A stretch of DNA of 63,723 nucleotides, filler included, from Sphacelaria rigidula (taxonomy: Eukaryota), in assembly GCA_964200075.2 (NCBI GenBank). It is 9 parts of 9 records of this genome, joined end to end, with 100 filler letters (N's around TTAATTAATTAA, not from the genome) between each part and the next. Parts side by side here need not be neighbours in the genome. Positions count along the whole stretch, not along the records: positions 1 to 6,993 come from CAXNAA020017048.1; positions 7,094 to 14,086 come from CAXNAA020017049.1; 7 more parts are not named here. One strand, written 5' to 3'. Shown one piece after another: positions 1 to 12,005 of the stretch. The notes under the pieces are model-generated. The model saw only the letters and a list, made by a program, of their open reading frames with translations, was not told where the DNA came from and did not search any database. Position numbers and translations under genes: made by a program. Numbering within the stretch: the first letter of the stretch is position 1; each line of letters opens with the position of its first letter.

Positions 1-56
1 TTGGGGGTGGGGGGGGGGGGGGGGGGGGGGGGGAAGTTGCGACGAAGGGGTGTGGT

Positions 57-3000
57 TCAAAGCGGGGCGTGGACGTCGTGGGTGTGGTCGATGTTGCGCT
101 GGAGACCGCGGCGAAGTTCTCTGGACTTAAGGCGCTGGAGGCACCAGGATCCGCGTGGTGCAGATGGGCTGGTGGTGTATAGTGCTGGCCGGAGCTTGAG
201 CTGTAGGGGTCTAGGGTCATCGGTGAAGCGCACGATGTATGTGTCGGCCGAAACCAGAGTTAGCGGAGTGGGTCTGACCCAACCACCAGAGGTTCTCGCT
301 ACCTTTGAACCAAAGGTAGCTGCCCTTGGGGAGTAGTCGCTGGTTTGCAAAGAACTTCGTATTATAAGCCTTGGTGGGCAAAAGTTCGTGACCATCGGCG
401 ACGAAGCGTAGTCCCTGATTGCGGTGAAGTTCGCGGGCTGCTGCGCCACGACGCATGTTGCGATATTTCTTGTTGTGAGCAAGATGCTGACGTTGGGATT
501 GCGTCCAGTAAAGGAGAATCGCACGGCGGTGCAATTGCAGGTCGGATTCGCGTTCCCAAGACGCTCTCCCGAGACCGTGCCAGAGGGTCTTATACATGAC
601 AGCGATTTTGCCACCTGGGCCACGATTCATCTACTGGCCGGGAATAGAGGACACGGTCAATCGGAGGTACTGTTCCGTCACGTCGTCGGTTGTAACGTGG
701 CAGGGCGGGGACTTGGTCGGGTAGCTGTTGAGAACATACTGTGCGAGTCCGGCAGGCAGGTACTTGGGTATGTCCTTCGTATCATGCGGGTTTGGGCCGG
801 GTTTGCATCTGTGCACGGAGACGCGGGGTTTGGTGTACCTGCCCTGGAAGTCGCGAGGCAAGTCGAGATAGAGCAGTTTGTCACCAACGACTTTATCATC
901 CCGTGATGATGACCATGGTCCGACTGTCAGGATCTTGAATGGTCCTGTCCAACTGACGGACAACTTCGTCTTCAAAATTGTTTCGTTGGCTGCCTTGCTG
1001 GTGCCTTGGCGGATGGTCGACAAACTGTTGTAGATCCAAACCCAATCACCAACTTTCCAGTTGGGGCGTTTGTGCATGAGGTTGTAGAGAGCAGTGTTAG
1101 ACCTCTCTAGGCGCGAGGCGTTGATAGCGTGTTGTTCGCGCATGAGGGTAAACGCTTTGCGTTGTCGTGCATGCGCTAGCTCGTGGTAGGATATCTGATC
1201 CTGATCCAATCCTTGGTGGGCGTCGAACGTGTGCCGCTCAAACACGGTGATAGGCAACCGAGGGTAACGTTCAAGATGGAGTTCGTTCGGAGAAAGGCCT
1301 GTGGCGGCGTTAACCGAGTTGTTGTAGGACAATATCACGTGCGAGAGATGTAGGTCCCAGTCATTTAGGCGGTCATTGACAACCATATAGAGCATCTGGG
1401 CCATGGTGTGAGTAACTCTTTCGGTTTCACCGTTACCGTTCGGGTGGTAGGCGCTCGTGGCAATTTTTCGGATGCCCAGGAGCTTGTAAAGCTAATCAGA
1501 GACGTCTGAGCAAAAATAATGACCATTGTCTGAAATGAGTCGCTATGGACAGCCGTAATGCTTAATGTAGTCGTGAACCAGTATGTCGGCCGTTCCGGCG
1601 GCAGTGAAATCTGCGACGGTTACCGCGTACATGGACGTGTGGCGGCTGAAGCGGTCAGTGAAGAGTAAGATGTAGGTGTTGCCGCGACCTGTGGTCGGTA
1701 GAGGGCCAAAGTAGTCAAAGGACACAAGGTGGCCGGGCTCGTTGGGGAGTCCCATAGATATGACGGGCTTGCGTACTGTCTGTCGCGAAGTTTTTTGGGC
1801 TTGGCATTTGAAGCATCGCCGACTTCAGAAGCGGGTGGAAATTTCCATGCCAACCCACCAGTAGAGGCGTTCCAAGAGCGCTAGGGTGCGGGTGACGCCA
1901 AGGTGACATGATAAGTCTGTGTGGCAGCCTTTCATGACCTAGGGGTGTATTAATGATGGAACAGACATGTGCGTTGGTTCGTCGCCAAGAAGTTGTGCAG
2001 TGCGTCCCGTGGTTGAGACGGAAATTGCGCCTGTCAAGGCCGTGGCGCAACGCACGAGTAGTTGTACACCTTCATCCGTAGTAAAAAGGGTGCCTTTGCG
2101 CACAAGCTCGTGTACGTCAGAAATGACTGGCGGGGGGAGTGTGCCGACCGGGGCCAGAAAGGCGGATGGAAAAGGGACTGAGCAGTCGAGTTGTAAGTAC
2201 CGGATGGCTGCGCGACATAGCGGTTCTGCGTTTTGTTTGAGAGCCCAATCGCGGTGAGAGTAGCTGGCGAGAAACTCGCGTAGTTGACCTTCCGCTGGCG
2301 AGCCGACCAAGCATGGTGGGGTAGGCAGCGGGGGAATAGGCGACGGGGCAGGAGTGCCGACGTCAATATCCGCCCCAGGAGCAGGAGCTACGTCGTCAGC
2401 TCCATACTCAGGGGTGGTAGATGTTGATGGCGCCATTATAGGCGGCGGTACTGAAGTAGTGCGTGGCGAGGATTGTCCGCGGCGCGCAGTGCACGTTGCA
2501 GGAGTGTTCGAGGAGCGTTGCGTGCTGGTCCGTGGGACCGGTGTTGCGTGGCTCGTGGAATTCGCAGGTGTTATCGGTGTCGGCGGGGCACTCGGGGTGG
2601 TGCGGGCGGCAGACAGGGCGCGTGTGTTGTCGGAGATTAGGTGGGTGACCAAAGGTGTTTCCGTGAAGAGCTTGGCGCGAGTACCGAAAGTGCGGAAATC
2701 GACAAAATCGGAGGTAGTGGGCGCTAACCCACCCAAGACGGCGTCATATGGTAGAGGGCGGGGTCCTCCCATACGCATACCAGTTTCTGGGCACTGAAGG
2801 TCGAGGGTGTAAACGGGCATTAAAAAATGTCTAATCGCGGAAATTCCAGGTTCATCGGGTTCCGCTAAACGGCAAGCCGGGCTGGAATCTGCGGCCGTAG
2901 GCGGCAGGGGTAGGCGGGAAAGAAGATCAGCGTTTCCGTTGGTTTTGCCTGGACAGTGCTTAATGGTATACTGGTACGCTGTTAAAAACTTCAACCATTG

Positions 3001-3110
3001 TTGTACACCATGGTTGTGTTCGCCAACCTTGGCGTGTTGTTCAAGTGCCCTATGATCCCTATAGATCTCGAAGGGCACAGGAAACGAATAGTGTCGAAGG
3101 CGCTTAATGG
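57..3110 (-). mobile_element. Degenerate Ty3/gypsy (chromovirus-like) LTR retrotransposon, 3' half of pol: RNase H C-terminus, linker, integrase (HHCC + DDE), chromodomain, extra C-terminal domain
   Basis: RNase H tail 'IKRLRHY..FEIYRDHRALE..WLKFLTAYQYTIKHCPGKTNGNADLLSRLP'. Zn-finger 'CH..CHLGVTRTLALLERLYWW..CFKCQ' (~1800-1940). Core 'VSFDYFGPLP..YILLFTDRFSRH', 'LISDNG', 'YHPNGNGETERV'. GPF motif 'WTGPFKI'. Chromo 'MYKTLWHGLGRASWERESDL'. In-frame stops and frameshifts indicate a dead copy. RH-then-IN order is gypsy-type. Confidence 0.93.
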
Positions 3111-3458
3111 TGTCATGACGCATATTAACCTGTTATCGTGCCGCTTCAGACCCGTTCTCGAGTCTGGCTATTTGCTTTCTGGTGTTTCGGTAGCCAAGAC
3201 TGCAGGTCTGTTCAGAGTTGGTCGAATATGAATATAAGCTTGTATGTGGTAAGAGATAGCGACAGCCAGATCGGCTCCAGCAGATCTGGCTCGCCTACCC
3301 TTCTCACTATCTACAACTCCACACCCTGCTTCCCAGCAGAAAGAAGTCTGAGCATCGGTGAGATATATTTGGGTTGGATTGATTGATTGGATACTGGAAT
3401 TAGAAACAAATCAACGAAGGAGAAGTTAACAAGCATCGCGTGAAACACTTGTCTAACA
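3111..3458 (+). mobile_element. Putative 5' LTR of a second LTR element inserted antisense into the gypsy pol
   Basis: pol homology stops exactly at 3110 and TGTCATG starts at 3111. The segment ends ...TAACA (3458), followed by TT and a PBS-like TGGTTGCTGAGCC (3461-3473). TATAAG occurs at ~3233. No 3' LTR before the contig end. Confidence 0.6.
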
Positions 3459-4610
3459 TTTGGTTGCTGAGCCGTGTGCAGCATCTACAAGCTGTAGCAG
3501 CCTGACGGTTGTGCGCTCGCCTCGTAAGCTTGTGGCCTGGGTTGCAAGCTGTGTCTTTGCTATAATTGCACTGCAGCTCCTCATTACATTGGCGTTTGAC
3601 TAAGGAGCTTCTTCTTTTGCAATTGCGTTTCCTTGTTGATACAAATTTGTATCCCTCCTCGTCGAGCTGCGTGATCCCAGCTTTGTGATCACTTCTGCTC
3701 CCTTGTGTTTTTCTTCGGTACAGTAGGTAGTCGAACCTATCACTGCTTGATAGTCAGTAGCTTCTGCAAAAGCTTCTGCTCTGTGTGTCCCTTAGTAAAG
3801 AGTATTCGTGCCCTCTCGAACGAACAAATTTATTGTTCCGAGACGGTTTCGTTGTGATAATACTCGTTGAAACATTTCAAACCTACGTTACGTACTCATT
3901 TGAACAGACAGCACTCGAAACCAGTGCTCCTTGCCTGCGCACTACAATTTTTCGGCACCCGCTCTCAGCGTTGCCCCTGTTGTGCACCACGTCACCTTTG
4001 TTCCACATACATACCTTACCTCAACTCCGTTGTGTAACAAGCCTTCGCCCTGCACTACGCAGTCCGATTTCGCGGTCTACATCCCAAGCTTTGTAAAAGC
4101 TTTTGTGCTGCCTCACGCTGCACAATTTTCGTGCTCATTTGAAAAACATTCTTTTCGTTGCACACCGCCAGTCGTCCCCCAGCTTGTGCCGGGATAATAC
4201 AGTTATAGTCTGCCCGTGACGCCACACCCGGAACACGTGTAAGTTGCACTACTTTCATGTACCAATGCTGCTACAGACAATCGGGTCTTCGCTTTTCTTC
4301 GACGACTTCTTCTGTGCGCAATCCCGAACTCCGTTGATAGCTATTACCACAACAACTTGAATAAAGTTGTATTAACCAGACCCTGGACATAGTTGTTACA
4401 TACAGCAATTCGCTTGAATAAATTACTCAAGTAAACCAGGTCCCACGGTCCTCTCAGGCGCTATTAGGCTTCATTATCCCGTATTTCCGGATAAAAGCTT
4501 CGGCCTCTGCACGTAGCATCTGTTGGTGTCACGCTCCTTTGATTAGATAGAGCCCGCAGACCTGACACACTGCCCCTGCCTTTTTAAGCACACAAGTGCG
4601 TACGATTATC

Positions 4611-6932
4611 ATGTCGCACAGAAATAACGCTGGCTCTTCCCCCCAATTGGGAAACCAATCGCTTCGTCGGACCCGGAGTCAAACTACTGGCGGTTCGAAA
4701 TCTTTCAAGATGAGTGTCACATCACCTTCAACTCATCGCCGCACGTATGCGAGCGCTGTTCGATCTTCGGGATCTGAAGACCAACCTTCGAGCGATGCTC
4801 GTTCTCCAAGGCTTGAAGACAAGACTATGACGCCGAGACCTGTTCTCTCACGTTCCGACTCGGACTCAGAGAACAAGGTAGTGCAACCGGCTGAGTCATT
4901 GGTTCCTGACGGACATGTCAGTGAACCTATAACAGTGGATTCCGTTGCACCCCCCTAGCTGCGTCCTGTTCTTCCGAATCCCAATGTGGAATCCGAAGTC
5001 AGAATTGTGCCCCCAGCTGAGTCGTTGCCCCTGGACCCACGTGTCCAGCTTGGCACTGTAACGGTTGCTTCAACCGTGGGACCCCGTCGCTTGACGGCTG
5101 ACAACTCTCGAGACGATTCTGTCCCGACGAAGCGTATCGCTTCTGGAGCAAGAGACTTTGTCACACGGGCTGCTTCCGTTACGGATCCCCTTCGCACGAC
5201 TCTCGATAGTCCCGTGCGCACTACTGCGCAGTCCAATGTCCGATCGGCAGTTGCGGCCATGCATGCTGCCATGCAAACTCTGCATTGCACCTCATCGGCG
5301 TCGTCGCCCCCGCCAGCGCCAGCTCTCATCGAGGCGTTTACGGCTTTTTGCCACGCCACGCTTCAAGATCAATCGGCGTCTGCTCATGTGCAATTCAATT
5401 ATGATTCTGCACCTGCCACGCCCAAACCCGTACGTCTGGCGCCCCGTTCGGCGACATCGCGCTCTCCGTTCGTCACTCATGACAAATTCAAGGAACATGA
5501 GTCCAGCCCTTCCTCAACGTCACACCAGAGTCTTACTCGCGCTTCTGACCGGCGCCGCACACCGAGACTTGGTCACGACCACATCTCCCGTTCTGGCAGT
5601 TCTAAGGGCAATTCCCAGCAAAGCTTGAATTCATCGCGCGTTTCTATACGCCCGAAGAACGTTACTCACGGTTACAGTTATGACGGTAGTTTACGTCACA
5701 GTTCCAATTCATCGCGCGCTCAGAAGCGCCCGGTGAATGCTAACCGTGAACGTACTCACGAGGATGCCTTGCGGCACAGATCAAGTTTTTCGCGCGTTCA
5801 GTCGCGCTCGAAAAACACCGATCATGCACCCTCGCGCACCTCTCCTGCTCCGCATCTGTCACACCGCCGTCATATACGCAATGATAACACTGTACATGCT
5901 GATGGTATCCAAAACATATTTTCAGACATGTCACCGGCTCTGGACTCCTCCATTGAAGGGTCCGGCCGCACCTCATCGCAAAACCTACGACCCCGCACTG
6001 ACCGCGATCCACCGTCCCACTCCGATGCTGCGATTATTCGTTCTCTTCAACAACGCTTGACAGAACTCGAGCAACAACTATCAACCATGGACACTACAAG
6101 ATCCGCTGCCGCTCTCGCCAAAAGCACCACGGACCCCTCTGGCGTTCCCGTAGCACCCACTGCCGCAACCACTCCCGCAACCCCTGCAGCTACTGCTACC
6201 GCTACCGTGGTCGCTGCTCCTTTAACCGCCGCCGCTCCGTCGGCCGTTGACACAGACGCCGATAGTGTTTCCATCACTGCCCCCGTGCGCTCGCCCCCAT
6301 CCGTGGAGGTTCTCCCTCTGCTCGGCGACGAGCGCTGCCCCACTGGCCTACTTTTAAGGCTGCCCACAAACCGATCCCGTGCTGAACACCTGCAGCTAAT
6401 ATATGACTATGCATCACAGGCGCCTGCATTAGCACAGCACATCCTTGATCAGCAACGTGGCGCTGACGCCGCCGCTGCCCGCGTCCTTCTGGAGGATCGC
6501 GCAGAAAAACTCAAGGGCCTTCAGCGGCAGGCCTCTCATGCCCAATCCACGAGCACGGCGGCGCAACGAGCGCTGCAGGAGGGCCGTACTGCAGCCATGG
6601 CGACCCAGAGACGGGTCCGCGAGCTCGAAGACCATGTTCGGCGGACGGTTCAAGAAGCGGACTCGTCGTTAGCGCGCTTATCCTACCATCAAGCTTCTCC
6701 GCCTTCCGCCAATCACTTGCTCAGAGCCCGCCTGCCAACGCCCAACAGATCGACCTACGTCATTCCACGTCAGTCCGACACGACGTCGTCTGCTGCGGCC
6801 GCTGCCGCCCCCACGACGCCTCCGACACCGCCACCGCATGGAGTTAGCTCGGTGGCGAATGCCTTTTCTGCAAAAGGCTTGCAACTGGTGTCCCACGAAC
6901 GAGAGTGGGTTTTCCGTCCCGTGGCGACCTAA
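4611..6932 (+). pseudogene. Long low-complexity ORF of the inserted element (gag-like N-terminal region, coiled-coil segments) with one in-frame TAG at 4956-4958
   Basis: ORFs 4596-4958 and 4986-6932 share a frame. The region is intronless, S/R/P/A-rich, has coiled-coil stretches ('IIRSLQQRLTELEQQL', 'LEDRAEKLKGLQRQ') and lies downstream of the LTR/PBS. The gag identity is inferred from position only. Confidence 0.5.
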
Positions 6933-6993
6933 ACGTAATGAGCTACGGAAGGAAAGTAATGAGCGCCAGAATGTTGGAGGTGTCTCTATTAGG

Positions 6994-7093
6994 NNNNNNN
7001 NNNNNNNNNNNNNNNNNNNNNNNNNNNNNNNNNNNNNTTAATTAATTAANNNNNNNNNNNNNNNNNNNNNNNNNNNNNNNNNNNNNNNNNNNN
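6994..7093. other. Artificial contig linker (N44-TTAATTAATTAA-N44); also at 14087-14186, 21179-21278, 28271-28370, 35362-35461, 42453-42552, 49544-49643, 56634-56733
   Basis: Eight identical 100-nt spacers with six-frame stop codons. Intervening contig lengths step down from 6993 to 6990. Confidence 0.98.
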
Positions 7094-7935
7094 GCTACTG
7101 TTGCTGCTTTCGTAGGAGAAATGGCCCGAAATCCCCCCCCCCCCCTATCGTGGGACGACTCTTCATCCCGTGTCCCTTGCCAACCCTCATTACGTGTTCC
7201 TCCTTCCCTGAACGTTGTGGTGCCGCAGAGGACGTGCGCTCCCCGGGCTCGACCGCCTCGGCGCCTTCTCCCTCCCCTTCGGCACGCAGGCAGAACAGCG
7301 CAGCAGGAGGAGGCGCGGTTGTGAAAGAAAAGCGACGGCGGCAAGACCAAGAATCTCGCGCGTTCGACGTTGTACCGGTAGCGCTTGCCGAGGGTGGCGG
7401 CGGACGGGGAGGAGGCGGCGGCGGAGGTGGGGACGACGTGGGCAACAGCGGAGGTGGTGGGGACAACAACGGCAGTAGTGGAGGCGACGGGGGCGACGGT
7501 GACAGCGGGAAACACCAGCGCAACAGCGCAAGTCTGGCAAATGATTCGACGGATGGGGAGAGTTTAGTGATTGTCGGGAAAGTTGAGGTTTCCTCTGGTA
7601 GCGGAGGCGGCGGTGGTGGTGGTGATGGTAGCGGCGGTCCCCGACAGGTGGGGGAACGGCTTGATCGAGAAGAAACAGACGTAGCAGAGCGACCGCGGGA
7701 GCCGGTGACGGTCTCTCCGTCCCCCGCGCCGAAAACAGATACTTTAGATTCGACAACGACCTGGTGGCCTGGTATGCCAACACGTGAGGAACTTCGGAGG
7801 CTGGTGGTTGGGTCGGAGGTGGAGGAGAGGCGGACTCTCGCGGCGCTGCGGGACCTTGAAGCGTGCTTGGTTGAGGGCGGTGTGGCGGCAGCCGAAGAAT
7901 CGGTGGCGGTACCAGCAACAGCGGCGGATCCAGAG
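7094..7935 (+). CDS. SANT-domain corepressor gene, internal exon (5' truncated by contig start)
   Basis: Open frame (ORF 7150) up to GAG|GTGATT donor, phase 0, compatible with the acceptor at 8614/8615. Confidence 0.6.
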
Positions 7936-8614
7936 GTGATTTTAGATCTCGCCAAAATGGCGTTTTTTCCGGGAGGGGGAAGAGGAAGTGATCCTTTTTG
8001 TCTTGCCAGTGTTGAAGTGTTTCGCATTTTTTTGTCGTTACCTTGGCTTGTCGTATTGTGTGTTTTGAGAGGTTGTGTCCGTAGGTGTGTAACCATGTTG
8101 TATGTGGCCTTTATAGGGAAATCTTATTTTTGTCCGTCGTTTCGATGTCGTCGTTGGTTGGTCGTGTTTCCTGTTGCTTTGATTTTGAACTGCCCCTTAA
8201 GTGTGTCGGCGGGCACCCCCTCCGAATGTGGTGTCGCCAGTGCGATGAAGTGTCGGTTTCGGAGGGGATTGTGTGCGCATCTCGTGCGATACAGTTTCCG
8301 TGTTCGACCACCTCCACGTAGTAATTTATGATGGCGCTCTTCGTGAGGCAGTTGGATTCGCTCGTGTGCAGTGGTGTATGTTCGGTAGCTTCCAACCAAA
8401 GAGCTAGTCTTTTCTTTCTTGTTTTTTTCTCGCCTGTTCTGCCCTGTTGTCCTCACCCCCCCCCTACACCCTCACTCATTTTTTGTAGCTCTTTTTGCCA
8501 CGAGGTATAATTCAAAACTCAATTTTTAGTTGATCTCTGAGCATACATACCGTAATATTTATTCAGCATCTTCTCGATTATTTCGCCGCCCTCCCCTTGT
8601 CCTCCGCTACACAG

Positions 8615-10339
8615 GGAGCACTCGTGCAGAACAAGCAGCCTGTGAGTAGTGTAAGTTCCGATGCTGCTGCGGTGTCATCCGTAGCTGCGACGGCACAAGC
8701 AGCCGCGGCTGCCCTCCCTGCGGGGTTAGCGCTGGCCCTCGGACTTGGCAAAAGCGATTCGGTCGAGGCGATGGACGCAGAGGCAGGCTCGGCCGGAAGT
8801 GCTGGCGACCTCAGCACAACAGCAACAGCTGCAGTTGCTGCTCACCCAAAGCAACCGGGGAAACGAAAAATTCTGGTTCGTCAAGCCCTCGCCTCGGCGG
8901 AGTGGCGAGTTGCGCGCAGAGATCACCTCTTGGACCTGGAGCGCGCGGAGCGTGAAGATGCCGCCAAGATAGCGGACGACAGGGTGCTCTCTTCATCGCC
9001 TGTGGTCACCGCCGCCACCGCTGACCCGGAGACGAAGCTCTGTTTCTCCGACAAGCATCTTGATTCGGAAGCGGTGGTGGTGTCGGCGGCTGCCGAGTCG
9101 GGATGGAAAGAGAAGGGTCCCGGCATACCTCGGGGACTACGCACTTGGGTTGGTGGCGATGCCACTGCTCTCGGTGACCTTCTTCGAGCCAGGATCAACG
9201 CGAAACCCGCAGTGCCCAAGTCAGGGCCGGCGGAGGCAGTGGCCAGGGTCATGCGAGAAAATCACCAACGGGCTAAGGCGGCAGAAGCGGAACTGGACCT
9301 CCCTCTACACTCCGGCGTATTGCCGGCGTCAATGGTGCACTCGGGCGTACATGCACCACAGTTACACGGGAATATCGGCGGCGCCGGTGTAGAGGGTGTT
9401 GAGCCTTCTCCTGCGCGAGATCGCGCCGACGGACTTGTCGCGGCGGCTGCTGCGGTAGTTGCGGCACCCTTGGATGTCTTCGATCCGTACTCGGTGAGCA
9501 ACTCGCGCACGTTCGATGTGAACGCGGCGCGGCTGCGTGAGCTACGGCCGCTGATGTTGCATGCCATCCGGCGCCGCCGCCTGGCGCTCCGTCGGCGGTG
9601 GGAGGAACTCGGCAGCGAGTACGTCCGGCAGCACAACGTGTGGCAGGAGCACGTGGCCCGGTGGGAAGAGAAAATGGAGGCGGAAGAGGCTAAGGAAGAA
9701 GCAAGAACGGCCGATATCACCGGGGATGGGGCCGGGGGCGATGTGGCCGGCGCGGGAACCAGCGGTCTTGCAGGTGGCAGCGGCAGCGGCGGTGGCGGCG
9801 GTGGCGGCGGTGGCGGCGGGAGTGGGGCCGGCCTGGGGATGAGCTCGCGGGCTGAGCGGAGAGGCCATCGCAGGATGAGTGACGTGGTCAGGACGGATTT
9901 GGAGGAGGCAGAAGTGGTGAAGACTCTCGAGGAGAAGCATAAGGAGGAGGAGAGGATCCGGAAGGGGGCGGTGGACGTGCCGTCGATGCTAACGGAGGTG
10001 GAGCGACGACAGCTGCCCGAGTACGTAGATGAGTGGAACTCTCGGGGCACGACGGACGGGTTGCCGGCGCGGTGTGCGGGGCTCGACCCCGAGCTGCCGT
10101 GCGAGCCCGGATGTAACTGCGCGGCAGTGGCCGAGCGGGAGCGGAAAAGATCCAACCTGTGGACGGATGTGGAGAAGTGCATATTCCTCGATAAGTTTTT
10201 GCAGCACCCGAAGAATTTCATGCGGATATCTTCATTCCTGCCCCGAAAATCCCCGGAAGATGCGGTGCAGTTCTACTACGATAGCAAGACGTCGATTGAC
10301 TACAAGGGCTTGCTGAAGGAGGCCGTGAACCGGAGTAAG
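8615..10339 (+). CDS. NCoR/SMRT-SNT1-like SANT (DAD) domain protein, large exon
   Basis: Acceptor ..ctacacag|GGA and donor AAG|GTTAGT. Encodes a coiled coil 'LRRRWEELGSEYVRQHNVWQEHV', 'DVVRTDLE' and SANT 'WTDVEKCIFLDKFLQHPKNFMRISSFLPRKSPEDAVQFYYDSK'. Confidence 0.88.
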
Positions 10340-10854
10340 GTTAGTGTGCTTGCTGTGTACGTGCAGCAGAGGGGCGGTACAATTGCAGCAAAAATGGAAA
10401 CCCCCATGGGGTTACTGGTACAAAATCAGGTCGCGCTTCAGGGCCGTCCGATATAGGGTCGGGCGCCACGATAGGACCGGCATTCTGGGGGGCGTACTCC
10501 TTTTTTGCTTGCCTTAGTCATTTGACCATTAGCCATGCATCCCTCTCGAGACGAAGCACCATTTCTACTCTTAATAGAGACACTTCCAACATTGGGCGAT
10601 GCATCTGGGGGGGAAATGACTGAAACCGTTCACCCATGGAGTGACCTCAACGGTAGAAGCACGTCACTATTTTGTAATGTTTTTGCTGTGCGCCCGTTCG
10701 CCACTTGCAAGCGAGCCATAGCTTGAGTTTTGCACAAAAGTATACGCATACATGCATGCTCCTGCAGTAGGGGTATACAGTACCCCCAAACTGCTCAGGG
10801 GTTCAAACATGTGAGGTACGAGACCTCCTCCTCCCCCTACCTTCCTGTAATAAA

Positions 10855-10903
<49 letters not shown>

Positions 10904-10997
10904 TTCCAAACACCCCCCCCCCCCCCCCCCCCGCCCGTTCCCATCCCCCCCCCCCCAAATAAAACAAAATGATGGAACCCTAAAAAAATGTCAACAG

Positions 10998-12005
10998 GGT
11001 TATCATAACCATTGGAAAGCCACGCTGTCGGCCGTTCGTAGCGTGGGCGCCAGCATTTCCTTCGACCGAAGCGGACAACCCCACTTCCAAGTGCCGCAGC
11101 GCGACGACTCGTTCAACACGGCAGACATGCACCCGCCGTCGAGGGGCCGTCCGCTATCCGATCTCCGTCGCGAGGCCTTAGCGCTGGCGCGCAAGGGCGT
11201 TATCGTGAGCGCGTCTGCCGCCAGCGCAAAGAACGAAATGGCTCGCTCATTACGTATCCCCTTGCTCGGCGGCGGTGCGGCGACGCCGTCGGATGCATCG
11301 GCGTCCGGATCGGCGGTGGCCCCGGCCGCCGCTGGGTATCAGCTCCCCGACAACGCGGAAAATTTGCTGGATGATGCGCAACTCCAGGCTGCAGCGTCTC
11401 TGCTGCCTTCCACTGCTATCAACCTCGCCGCGTACCGGCTGTGCATGCGCTCATGGCGCACACCTAACAGCACCAAGAAAATTGTTGTCATCGGCTCTCC
11501 CGCCGGCGGTGGGCGCGGTGGGAGCAGTTGTGGTGCAATTGACGGCGCGGGTGGAGCAGTAGTGTGCGTCGGTGATGACGATGATTCCGATGATGATGGT
11601 TGGGACGAAGACGAGGAAGATGATGAGACTCCCGGCCGCAGAGGCGGCGGGGGCGTAGGTGGCTTCTTCAAGGAGAACGACATCCTCCCGTTCCGATTCG
11701 CGTCGAGTAGGGTTACCGGCGTGCCCGCCGAGCTAGCACCGCCCCGATCCCCGTCCGCGAGGATCAGAGGCGGAAGCTTCAACACAAGCGGCGGCGGCGG
11801 ATCTGGGACTGGCGGCAGTGGCGGTGGGCGGTATCGCGGCGACGATGGAGACGAAGAGTACGTGGATGAGGACCCACCGAGACGGGTGCGTAGGCCTGGG
11901 CCGATCACTTCGCCTGGTAGTGGAAGTGCGGGGGGGATGGGGAGTGCGGGGAAGAAGGATAAGCCTAAGAAGAAGCGGAGGGTGGTAACGATGACTCCTG
12001 GCCAG
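10998..12005 (+). CDS. SANT-domain corepressor gene, next exon (gene probably continues beyond what can be traced)
   Basis: Acceptor tcaacag|GGT is phase 0 and in frame with ORF 11043. Donor CAG|GTGAGA. Acidic and Gly-rich, with NLS-like KKDKPKKKRR. Confidence 0.8.

Noticed and set aside
10667..10972. Poly-Pro/poly-Gly ORFs
   Set aside because: They are produced by an intronic C homopolymer.
7095..11908. Long minus-strand ORFs (7095-8096, 9262-10221, 11339-11908), and plus-strand ORFs over 58547-60511
   Set aside because: These are antisense shadows of GC-rich coding exons.
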